Assembly (NCBI GenBank): GCA_965248695.1
Contig: CBDFKD010000002.1
Coordinates: 1,120,001 to 1,184,000 of the forward strand
DNA length: 64,000 bases
Source: Acidobacteriota bacterium
GTDB lineage: Bacteria > Acidobacteriota > UBA890 > WLXD01
Direction: 5' to 3'
The notes beneath the pieces are model-generated. The model ran no database searches, was not told where the DNA came from, and worked only from the letters and a program-made list of their open reading frames with translations. Numbering within the stretch: the stretch's first letter is position 1; every line of letters begins with the position of its first letter. This document shows, piece by piece, positions 17,485 to 26,354 of the stretch. The translations under genes were made by a program, and so were the position numbers.

Positions 17485-17732
17485 CGTCGCTCCTGTTCGC
17501 ATGCGTACCGGGGAGGGGACCCGCTTGGAGAACCGTACCAACGCGGTTGGGCTGCCACAAGGCACTCGACGGCCGCGTGCGCGCAGGCGATTGACAGCAG
17601 CTGGTAGAAGCGGCCAAGTGTGGCGTCAGCTGCGCGCTCGCGGGATCGGCCGCGCGCTTACCCAGGCACCGTACATCGCGACGGCGACGACCACGCTGAC
17701 CACGCCTCGGCTCCCGGCGGAATCGCTTCCGG

Positions 17733-19023
17733 TCAGGCCACCACGCCGTACTCGGTCGGCTTGTAGCTCGAGTCTGGAAAGATCGCCGAGGCGCTGCTGG
17801 CGCCGCCGCGCTTGGTGAGGATCTCGCCGATCACATCGCGATAGTCGATGGTGATCGCCAGGTCCTGGCCGTCGTAAAGGTCACTGTTGCCGAGCCCGGG
17901 CCAGTTGGCGATCACCTGACCACCGGCGATATTGCCGCCCAGCGCCATCATCACGCTGGCGTGTCCGTGGTCGGACCCGGCGCTGCCGTTCTCGCGTGCG
18001 TTGCGGCCGAACTCCGACATGACGATCACCGCGACGTTGGTGAAGCCATCGTCGAACAGATCGGCGTGGAACGCTCCGAGGCCACCGGAAAGGGTGCCCA
18101 TGAGGTTGGCCATCCATCCGTCGAGGGGCCCCTGGTTGTCGTGTGTGTCCCAGCCGCCCAGATCGACGGCCACGGCCTCGACACCGACCTCCGCTTTGAT
18201 CAGCGCCGCGGTCGATTTCAACGCCTGGCCGAACTCCTCCGTCGGGTAGCTGGCACCGCCGCTCGGCTGGTAGCCGGCGAAGTCGATTGCGTCCAGCATG
18301 TCGATGGTCTGGGTGGTGCTCAGCGCGGCCGTCTTGAGCGGCTCGTCGTAGGCGGCGTACATTGCCTCGATGACCGCCTGGCGGTTGCCGGCCGTGTTGG
18401 CCGGCCCCGCGAGTCCGAACTCGCCGAGATCGTAGATCGGCAGCGCCTGGGGGGCTCCACTCAGTGTCTTCTGCAATCCGTAGCCGATGCCGATGGCTCG
18501 CAGAGCGGCGTCAGCCTCGCTGGCTGCTGTGCTCTCCAAGTGGCGACCGAGCCAGCCGGTGAACAGGCTCGGCGGCGGTGCTCCCTGGCCGACCTCCATG
18601 TTATGCATCGCCTCGAAGTGGGATCGAGTCGGGTCCTCGAGTCCGGTCGCGTGCACCACCAGCAGGTCGCCAGCCGCATACGCCCCGGCCAGCGGCTCCA
18701 TGCCCGGAGCGAAGCCGAATTGGCCGTCCAGATCGATGGCCTTGTTGGCTCCACTGGCGTCGGGCGGCTGGATTGCCAGGCCGGGGCGCAGGCTGTAGTA
18801 ACCGTCGTCGAAGTAAGGCGGCACCATGGTCAGCCCGTCGGCGCCGCCGCGCAGGAACACCCGACACGATGATGTCGCGGTCGGTCGCGGCGGATTGCGC
18901 CCAGGCGACGCGCGGCACCCACCCTGGTGACAGCGCTGCCACCGCGGCCGCGCCTCCCCATCGGACGAAGCTCCGTCGTGACACGTTGTTGTATTCGTTG
19001 CAGCCACCGTCACGCATGCTCAT
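17733..19023 (-). pseudogene. DUF1501 family protein (copy 2) with a +1 frameshift near 18860-18862
   Basis: N-terminus MSMRDGGC...SRRSFV...DIIVS (ORF 18601..19023) and VFLRGGADGL... (ORF 17733..19013) are in different frames; one extra G in tcg-G-gtg. Confidence 0.85.
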
Positions 19024-19024
19024 C

Positions 19025-20566
19025 TCAGTACTCCTGGAACTCAGGGGAGGAGATGGTGAGGCCGATCGCGTCCTGGACTCGTTGCCGGTTGAGGTTGCCC
19101 GAGCTCAGGTAGCCCTTGATCTGCGTACGCGTGGCCTTGGTCATCGTGCCGCCGAGCAACGCGTCATCGAGGCGGTTGACGATCGAGTTGGGGGTGCCGT
19201 TGGGATCGTCGAGGCCGGCGTCGACGCTGAAGCCGTTGCGGTCGCCGCCGAACAGAGTGGCGCCGAAGTTCCACCTCGGCAGAATGAAGCCCGACCAGTA
19301 CTCGGCACTGTCGGGGTAGCCGTTCGGCGGGTCCCAATCGAACGGGATGTGGCCGGCGGAGCGCAACGATTGCAGCACGAAGCGCGCATCGCCGATCTCG
19401 GCGCCCATGGCGCGGATTGCCGATACCGCCAGGTGGAACGGGCGCTTCAGCTTGGTCGTTGCCGACTGCATCCGCGTCCGCGCCAGCGCCGTACGCACCA
19501 TGTCGCGGATGTCACCGCCAGTCTGCTTATAGGTCGTCTTTACCTTGTTGATGGCGGTCTTCTTGGGCTCGTAGCCCCACAGGTAACGCAGCATTTTCTC
19601 GGCGATGAAGGCGCGAGTCTCCTTGCGATCGATGAGCAGATCGATCACCTGCTCACCGTCGGCGATGCCTCCGCCGGCCGCGATGGTCTTGCCGAGAACC
19701 TTCTTCTTGCCCTTGTCGTGGTTGCGCGCATCGAACCGGAAGGTGCCGGGCTCGCCCGGGCTCCGAACACCGTAGCTCCACGTCCAGCCGGTAAGGCAGC
19801 GAGCCACCTCCTTGACGTCGGTCTCGGTGTAGCCGTTGTCGGCGCCCATGGTGTGCAGCTCCATGAGCTCGCGGGCGTAGTTCTCGTTCGGTGCCCCCGC
19901 CCGGTTGGTGTCGTTGGTGAGGTATACGAGCATCGACGGGCTGTGGGCGCTGGCCGAGAGCAGCTCGCCGAAGTTGCCCAGGGCGTTCTGGCGAATGACC
20001 TCGCGGTCGTCGACCGGCTTCAGCAACGGCTGCGGCTGGGCGAAAATGTCGATGTTAAAGTGGTCGGACGAGAACACCACCATGCGCTCGTACAGCTGCC
20101 GCGGGCTGTACGCAGCCCGGTACACCGTTGCCGTCCAGAGCTCGATGACCGGGATGATGGGGTTGTTGAAATAGCGATCGAACAACTCCGACGGCGACAT
20201 TGTCAGGGTCGGCAACGTCTCTGCCAGCGAATCTTCCAACTCGCTGTTGTCGAGCGCCTCGTAGTCGAGCTGCTCATCGAGATACGCGTCGTAGCCGATC
20301 GCGTCGATGCGCTCGTAGTCGGCCGTTGTCGGTCCCATCGTGGCTCGGTGCAGCAACGTCCGACTGACCTTGCTGGCGGCCTTCAGGTGGCCATCCTCAG
20401 CCTGACGAGTCGCCGACGCGATCCGCGCCAGCTCGGCATGAACGCTGCGGGGCAGCCGCACGGCGCGGTCGCGGAAGAGGCCGCGCGGCAGATTCCGTAC
20501 CTTTTCGCGCAGGCCGGGTGTGGGTGGGCCGTTGAAGCCGCCTGACATCTCTTGCATCTGCGCCAT
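19025..20566 (-). CDS. DUF1800 family protein (copy 2)
   Basis: PNENYARELMELHTMGADNGYTETDVKEVARC identical to copy 1; ends SPEFQEY. Confidence 0.9.
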   Translation of the reverse strand: MAQMQEMSGGFNGPPTPGLREKVRNLPRGLFRDRAVRLPRSVHAELARIASATRQAEDGHLKAASKVSRTLLHRATMGPTTADYERIDAIGYDAYLDEQLDYEALDNSELEDSLAETLPTLTMSPSELFDRYFNNPIIPVIELWTATVYRAAYSPRQLYERMVVFSSDHFNIDIFAQPQPLLKPVDDREVIRQNALGNFGELLSASAHSPSMLVYLTNDTNRAGAPNENYARELMELHTMGADNGYTETDVKEVARCLTGWTWSYGVRSPGEPGTFRFDARNHDKGKKKVLGKTIAAGGGIADGEQVIDLLIDRKETRAFIAEKMLRYLWGYEPKKTAINKVKTTYKQTGGDIRDMVRTALARTRMQSATTKLKRPFHLAVSAIRAMGAEIGDARFVLQSLRSAGHIPFDWDPPNGYPDSAEYWSGFILPRWNFGATLFGGDRNGFSVDAGLDDPNGTPNSIVNRLDDALLGGTMTKATRTQIKGYLSSGNLNRQRVQDAIGLTISSPEFQEY

Positions 20567-20800
20567 TCCGGACCTCCTTCGACGCTCGCTGGCCCCGGGG
20601 ACCTCGGAGGGCGGTGGTCAACTGCGAGCAGCAGTCGCTAGCGGGCCAGCGGGGCGAATTGTCGACGCGGTTGCCCATACAAACGATACGTCGCGCCAAC
20701 GGTACACCTGTATGACGCCGATTCTGGCGCCCCGTGATTTGGTCTCGGTGGAATGACGCCGCGCCGGCGAGCGCGCCAGTCTGCATTCCTCCGGAGACTT

Positions 20801-22969
20801 CTAACGACGGCCCGTGATGGCTGCCAGCGGGTTCTCGAGCATCCAGATCTCGGCTCGGTGTTGGCCGGCGGAGAACACCAGGCGATCGTAGCGGGGGTGC
20901 AGTCGGATGTCTCGCAGATCGCGAGGCAGGTCATCCGTGAGGATGCGGGTCTCTCCGTCCCTGCCGGCCCAGCCGAGCGAATGCCGGTCGTCGTCGGCGC
21001 GCACGTACAGCGCCCCGGAGCCGTCGCTGGTCCAGCCGATGAGGTCGACTCCCTGCCGACTGGTGCCCAACGTGGTGATGTCGCGGCGCTCTCCCGTCGT
21101 GAGGCTAATGAACTCGAGTACCCAGTAGGACGGCTCGTCGGCTTCGCTGTCGCCGCGGCGGGTGGCGGTGGCCAGCGTGGTGCCGTTGGGCGCAAACGAC
21201 AGCGCGCGTACGTCAGCCGGCGGCACGCCGAGCATCATCACGGTCTCTTCTCGGCTGTCGATGTTGCGCAGCACGAGGTCGCCCTTGCCTTCGCGCTCCT
21301 GCGGGCGGTAGTAGGCCAGAAGGCGGCCGTCCGGCGATACGGCCGGCGCTGAGGAACACGCGCAGCTGGCGCGGTCCCAAGTGACCATGGCCTCGACCGC
21401 GGCGGTGTCCGCGTTGATCGTGTAGATCCCCCACCGACTGTCGGTGTCGAGCGCTTCCACCACCAGATTGGTCCCGTCGGGGTGCCACCGTGGGGTCAGG
21501 ATCTTGCGCAGAGCGGGTGCCGGGGAGTGCTCCCGACCGGTTTCGAGGTCTCGGACGACGAGAATCGTCGGCCCCAGACCCGCCGGGAGCATGCCGCGAT
21601 CCGACAGGTAAACCATGCGTCTCCCGGCGACGGACAACGCCGGTGCTCGGTTGACGCCCACAAACCGACCGCCGATCGCCACGCGCTCACCGATGGCGCC
21701 GGTCTGTGGATCGATCGTGGCGGTATAGATATCGTCGAGGCTTATTTGCTGTGCGTACACGAGCGCGCCGTGATCGGTGAACCCCAGCGGAATGCTGCGC
21801 CCGAAGTCGGGCTTTACGAGCTGCGGCTCGTCGCGCCGTCGACCTTCGCTGTCCACCGCCACAACCCACGCCGCCAGTGTCCCGGTGCGGTCGCTGACGA
21901 AGAGCACGTAGCGCCCGTCGGCTGTCCAGATCGGGAGCAGGTCGTTGGCGGGGTGGTCCACCAGCTTGGTGGTCATCGAGCCGTCGCTGGCAACCAGCAG
22001 AATGTCGTGCGTGCCGCTCTCGTCAAGGTGGTGGTACGCGATCCAGCGTCCGTCGGGCGACAGCCGCGCGATCTCGGGCGCCGTTGCGCCGAGATCGGCC
22101 ACGACGCGCACAGCGCCATCCTCGGTCGATATCAACGCGAGCTCGTTGGTGTTCTCGTCGACAGAAACAACCGCCAGCAGATCGTTGCCGTTCGTTGACC
22201 AGCTCTCGAGCTCGACGTGACGAGGTCGCGTCCAGTCGGCCAGCAGCGTGCGCTCTTCGGATCCGTCCGCCGCGACGATGTGGATCTCGTAGCCACTCTC
22301 GACGTCGCGCCGGGCGTAGGCGATGCTGCGACCGTCGGGCGAGATCACGCTCGAGCGCCAGGTGTCATTTTCCAGATCGCTGCCCAGGTCGGTGACGGCC
22401 CGTTGGGAGCCGCGGTCCAGGTCGTGTACCGCCAGGCTCCCGGAGGCCGCGTCGACGAAGGCAATGAAGCTGCCGTCGGGCGCCAGGGCGCCGAACGCAT
22501 ACGCTTCGGACCCTTCCAGGAGCCGGCGTGCCACCATCGAGTTGCCAGCGCCTACGCGCATCTCGTCGCCCAGCGCGGCGCGAGCCAGGCGCACGAGCTC
22601 GTCGAGCCGCGGGTCGGTGGCGTAGTCCGTCACCACCCTTCGGTGGTGAGCAAGCGCTTCCTCCACACGCCCGACTCGCGATAGCAGTACGGCGAGGCGA
22701 AACTCGGCGACGGCCGCCAGCGGTGCGTCGGCATCGCGAGCATTCAGCGCCAGCTCGTAGGTCGCGATGGCGGCGTCCGGATCTCCCACCGCCTCCTCGA
22801 GGTGAATGGCGCGCTGCAGCAGCTGCCTGGCGCTCGCGGCCGCCTGCTGTGTCGTCATTCCGGCGACCGCTAAGGCCGCCGCGGGCAGCACCACACAAAG
22901 CACCGCGACGAGCGCAGCGGTTGTGGGCAGCCGCCAGGGAGGCGCATGCCGGCCACTTCCGAGGCTCAT
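20801..22969 (-). CDS. Exported TPR + TolB/PD40-like beta-propeller protein
   Basis: Hydrophobic leader, TPR-like helices, many SPDGR.IAY repeats; ATGA overlap with the response regulator stop. Confidence 0.8.
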   Translation of the reverse strand: MSLGSGRHAPPWRLPTTAALVAVLCVVLPAAALAVAGMTTQQAAASARQLLQRAIHLEEAVGDPDAAIATYELALNARDADAPLAAVAEFRLAVLLSRVGRVEEALAHHRRVVTDYATDPRLDELVRLARAALGDEMRVGAGNSMVARRLLEGSEAYAFGALAPDGSFIAFVDAASGSLAVHDLDRGSQRAVTDLGSDLENDTWRSSVISPDGRSIAYARRDVESGYEIHIVAADGSEERTLLADWTRPRHVELESWSTNGNDLLAVVSVDENTNELALISTEDGAVRVVADLGATAPEIARLSPDGRWIAYHHLDESGTHDILLVASDGSMTTKLVDHPANDLLPIWTADGRYVLFVSDRTGTLAAWVVAVDSEGRRRDEPQLVKPDFGRSIPLGFTDHGALVYAQQISLDDIYTATIDPQTGAIGERVAIGGRFVGVNRAPALSVAGRRMVYLSDRGMLPAGLGPTILVVRDLETGREHSPAPALRKILTPRWHPDGTNLVVEALDTDSRWGIYTINADTAAVEAMVTWDRASCACSSAPAVSPDGRLLAYYRPQEREGKGDLVLRNIDSREETVMMLGVPPADVRALSFAPNGTTLATATRRGDSEADEPSYWVLEFISLTTGERRDITTLGTSRQGVDLIGWTSDGSGALYVRADDDRHSLGWAGRDGETRILTDDLPRDLRDIRLHPRYDRLVFSAGQHRAEIWMLENPLAAITGRR

Positions 22970-23658
22970 GGAATGAACTTGTAGCCGGCGCCGCGCACCG
23001 TCAGTAGGTGGCGAGGGTTCTGCGAGTCGGGCTCGAGCTTCTGACGCAGTCGATACATGAAGGTGTCGATAGTCCGCGTCGTCGGATAGGCGTTGAGCCC
23101 CCAAACGTCGTCCAGCAAACGATCGCGCGTGATGACCTCGTGTGGGTGCTCGATCATCAGGCGCAGCATGGCAACCTCACGGTCTGTCAAATCGTGTTGT
23201 TCAGAGCCACGGAAGACTACGTACTGGCCGAAATCGACCACCGCGTCGCCGATCTCGACACGTTCGGCGCCACCATTCTCGTTGCTCGCCCGGCGCAGGT
23301 GGGCACGCACTCGCGCCAGCAGCTCCTTGACGCTGAACGGCTTGGTGACGTAGTCGTCGGCGCCGGTGTCCAGGCCCTCGACCTTGTCGCCTTCCTGCGA
23401 CTTCGCGGTGAGCATGATCACCGGCGTCCGGATGCCCCGCTGGCGCAGCTCGCGACACACCTGGATGCCGTCGACCTTCGGCAGCATCACGTCGAGAAGG
23501 ATCAGGTCGGCACGCCCGGTGAGCGCTAGCTCGATGCCGAGCTCCCCGTCGGGAGCCGACATCACCGCGAACCCATGATGCCCGAGAGCGTCACGTAGTC
23601 CGCTGACCAGATGCGGCTCGTCCTCGATTACCAGAATCGTGGATCGGCTTTCACTCAA
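22966..23658 (-). CDS. OmpR/PhoB-family response regulator
   Basis: ILVIEDE, LLDVMLP, GADDYVTKPF, winged helix TRTIDTFMYRLRQKLE...TVRGAGYKF; TTG start estimated. Confidence 0.93.
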   Translation of the reverse strand: MSESRSTILVIEDEPHLVSGLRDALGHHGFAVMSAPDGELGIELALTGRADLILLDVMLPKVDGIQVCRELRQRGIRTPVIMLTAKSQEGDKVEGLDTGADDYVTKPFSVKELLARVRAHLRRASNENGGAERVEIGDAVVDFGQYVVFRGSEQHDLTDREVAMLRLMIEHPHEVITRDRLLDDVWGLNAYPTTRTIDTFMYRLRQKLEPDSQNPRHLLTVRGAGYKFIP

Positions 23659-25894
23659 CAGACTCTTCCCCACTCGTTTGTTCGTCGATCTCCATTCCCG
23701 TTGTTCGCCGGCGCGACTGCGCCTCGGCGTCTCGGGGCAGGGTGACGGTGAAGGTCGTGCCCTCTTTCGGTGTGCTTGCGACGTCGATGAGCCCGCGATG
23801 GGCATCGACGATATGGCGGACGATGGTGAGTCCGATCCCGCTACCGGCGACCGAGCTGACCTCGGGATTGTCGATGCGACAGAACGGTTCGAAGATCCTC
23901 TCTACCGCTTCGTTGGTCATCCCGACGCCGGTGTCGGAGATTTCGATCCGCACGTGCTCGTCCTCGACGGCGAGTTTTACCGCGACGCGCTTGTCGCCGT
24001 TGCCGATGTACTTGGCGGCGTTCGACAACAAATTCACCAACACCTGCGCGATTCCCTCGCGATCGACGCGCACGACCACCGGCGCTGTAGGCAGGTCGAC
24101 TTCGAGCTCGATGCCGGCCGTCTCGAATGAGTAGCGGTAGCGCTCGATGATGTCGCCGATCAGCCGCCCCAGATCATCCGGTCGGAAGCGGAAGTCGCGG
24201 CGGCCGGACTCGATGCGCGAGAAATCGAGCACGTTCTCGATGACGCCCGAGAGACGTTCGCTCTCGCCGAGCATGACCTGGTAGTACTCGGGCTTCTTGG
24301 TTTCAGGCACCCAGCCGGCGCGCAAGTTCTCGGCAAACATGCGGATCAATGACAGCGGCGTCTTGAGCTCGTGCGAAACGTTCGAGACGAAATCCGAGCG
24401 CGCCCCCGCCAGGGCGACCTCGCGCGAGATCGTGCGGGTGGCCAGGACGAGCCCTCCGACAACCGCGAGAAAGGCCGCCATCAGCAGAACGGCATAGTCC
24501 AGCACATCGCGTTGCCCTACCGCCGCCAGCGTGCCGGCGCGCGGGAACGCTGCAAGATGCCAACCGGGCAGCGCCACGAGATCGATTCGCGCAGTGACCC
24601 TGTCATCGGAGGGGTTGCTGGTGGTGGCGAAAATGATCTCGTTGGTCGAGTCCAGCAACGCGACGCCGTGGCCGCGCCAGGGGCCATCCTGTTCCAGCAA
24701 GTAGGCCAGCAACATCTTGACGCTCTCGGGCCGCCATCGCCGGATCAGTCGCCAGCCGCTATCGCCCCGTTCGGCGAACGCCGTGGCGCCGCTCACGTCC
24801 GCCTGCAGGTTCAGGTAGCTCGTACGCCACTCCGTCGCGTCGCGTCCGTCGCGCGGATCGCTGGCGATGTCGCTATTGGAGATGGCTCGCAGTGAGCGCT
24901 TGCCGGGCCGGGTCGAGGCGGCGATCGCCTCCAGTTGCGAAGCTTGTCGCACCAGCACGGTGAGGGATGAGTCGACGTTTTCGAGCTCGCGATCGCTCGC
25001 CACGATCTTGTCGAGCCGTTGGATCTGGTCATCGCTCAGCTGGTGCGCGCGCAACGCCTCTTCGAGCTCGGCGCGATAAAAGTCGTACACGTCGGCATCG
25101 AGGTTGAAGCGGTGCTCGATCAGGAACTCGAGTGCCTTGAACGTGCTGTCGCAGGCGGCGTCTCGGTCACCGATGTCGTTAAGGGCGTCGCTACCCTGCA
25201 GACGCGCAACGATCGCCCACCGGGAGAGCTCGGCGTCGAACGGATCGGCGATCTGGACGATGCGCGAGTAGGTTTCCACCGCGTCCTTCGAGCGTCCGAC
25301 CTTGCGTTGCGTGCGCGCCAGCGCGTTGAGCGCTCGCACACGGTCCGTGCGCGTCACGGCCGCGCCTACGGCGCGTCGATACATGCGCTCCGCCAGGGTC
25401 AGGTCAAGGGTCCAGAGCTCAGCCTCCTGGCCGCGATCGAAAAGCCACACCGAGGAGTCGTCCGTCGGCAGCAGGATTCGAGCCAGCTCGGTGGAGAAGC
25501 TCGGGACGTCGTTGGTGTCACTGGCTCGTACCGGGTACACGATGCGCCCGTCCGGTGCCAGCATCAGCATCGGACGCAGGGACGGAAACGTGAGCTCCGC
25601 CTGGTGCAGTCGCTGGATGATGTTCTTCTCCGTCCAGGGGCCCTCTTCCAGCTCGGCGAGCAGCTCGCGCTCCCACTCCGCCATGGTCTCGTCGAGCTCA
25701 GTGGTCACCAGGTCGGCGATGCGCACGTAGCGTTCCTCGACCAGCAGCTGTCGAGTTGCAGCTCGCTGACCGATCGACACGATGCTCACCACCGCCAGGA
25801 TCAGGATGGGCAGCATGAAGGCGGCGAGCAGGCCGAGGCCCGCCCGCGACGTCCATCGGATGCCGGACCAGCCGAGCGGGCGCGATTTCCGCAT
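23651..25894 (-). CDS. Sensor histidine kinase with a large TPR-containing extracytoplasmic region
   Basis: Two TM segments, H-box VSHELKTPL, NLLSNAAKY, DTGVG, GSGIGL. Confidence 0.92.
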   Translation of the reverse strand: MRKSRPLGWSGIRWTSRAGLGLLAAFMLPILILAVVSIVSIGQRAATRQLLVEERYVRIADLVTTELDETMAEWERELLAELEEGPWTEKNIIQRLHQAELTFPSLRPMLMLAPDGRIVYPVRASDTNDVPSFSTELARILLPTDDSSVWLFDRGQEAELWTLDLTLAERMYRRAVGAAVTRTDRVRALNALARTQRKVGRSKDAVETYSRIVQIADPFDAELSRWAIVARLQGSDALNDIGDRDAACDSTFKALEFLIEHRFNLDADVYDFYRAELEEALRAHQLSDDQIQRLDKIVASDRELENVDSSLTVLVRQASQLEAIAASTRPGKRSLRAISNSDIASDPRDGRDATEWRTSYLNLQADVSGATAFAERGDSGWRLIRRWRPESVKMLLAYLLEQDGPWRGHGVALLDSTNEIIFATTSNPSDDRVTARIDLVALPGWHLAAFPRAGTLAAVGQRDVLDYAVLLMAAFLAVVGGLVLATRTISREVALAGARSDFVSNVSHELKTPLSLIRMFAENLRAGWVPETKKPEYYQVMLGESERLSGVIENVLDFSRIESGRRDFRFRPDDLGRLIGDIIERYRYSFETAGIELEVDLPTAPVVVRVDREGIAQVLVNLLSNAAKYIGNGDKRVAVKLAVEDEHVRIEISDTGVGMTNEAVERIFEPFCRIDNPEVSSVAGSGIGLTIVRHIVDAHRGLIDVASTPKEGTTFTVTLPRDAEAQSRRRTTGMEIDEQTSGEESVE

Positions 25895-26103
25895 ATGCAC
25901 GGAGCCTCCCATGATGGGGATTCTCCCATGAGGGTTCAGGGGCTCGGTCAACGTTCTGTCAAACGGCGAGGCTTCAGCGGTCATCGGTCCGGAGCCGGGA
26001 CACAGCCGCCGTGTGGCCACGGGCTGGCGCTCCAGACCGCCCGCCATCGGCCTCGATGTGGATCTCACTCGTCCCGAACGCCTTCGACCAGGCGAAAAAA
26101 AGG

Positions 26104-26198
26104 CGGAGGGGGTGGGATTCGAACCCACGTGCCGAGTTTTTACCCCGACAACTCGATTTCGAGTCGAGCGCGTTACGGCCGGACTTCGCTACCCCTCC
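26104..26198 (-). tRNA. tRNA-Ser(CGA)
   Basis: GGAGGGG/CCCCTCC acceptor stem, anticodon arm CTCGA-CT-CGA-AA-TCGAG, long variable arm, GGTTCGAATCC; CCA not fully encoded. Confidence 0.93.
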
Positions 26199-26354
26199 AG
26201 GCTGGCGGTCGAGCCCGCCTAGGATAGCATCGGGATACGTTTTCGTGCCCCGCACTGACCTCCACCTGGGCCACCCACGGCACGGGCCCAGGGGACAGCG
26301 AGGGCATGGCCCCCAGCCCACCAGGCACGGCCCCCAGCCAGACAGGAAGCACCC

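Noticed and set aside
26104-26198. Long-variable-arm tRNA as possible tRNA-Sec supporting the UGA recoding
   Set aside because: Anticodon is CGA, not TCA, and the acceptor stem is a normal 7 bp, so it is tRNA-Ser. No sel genes are in this window.
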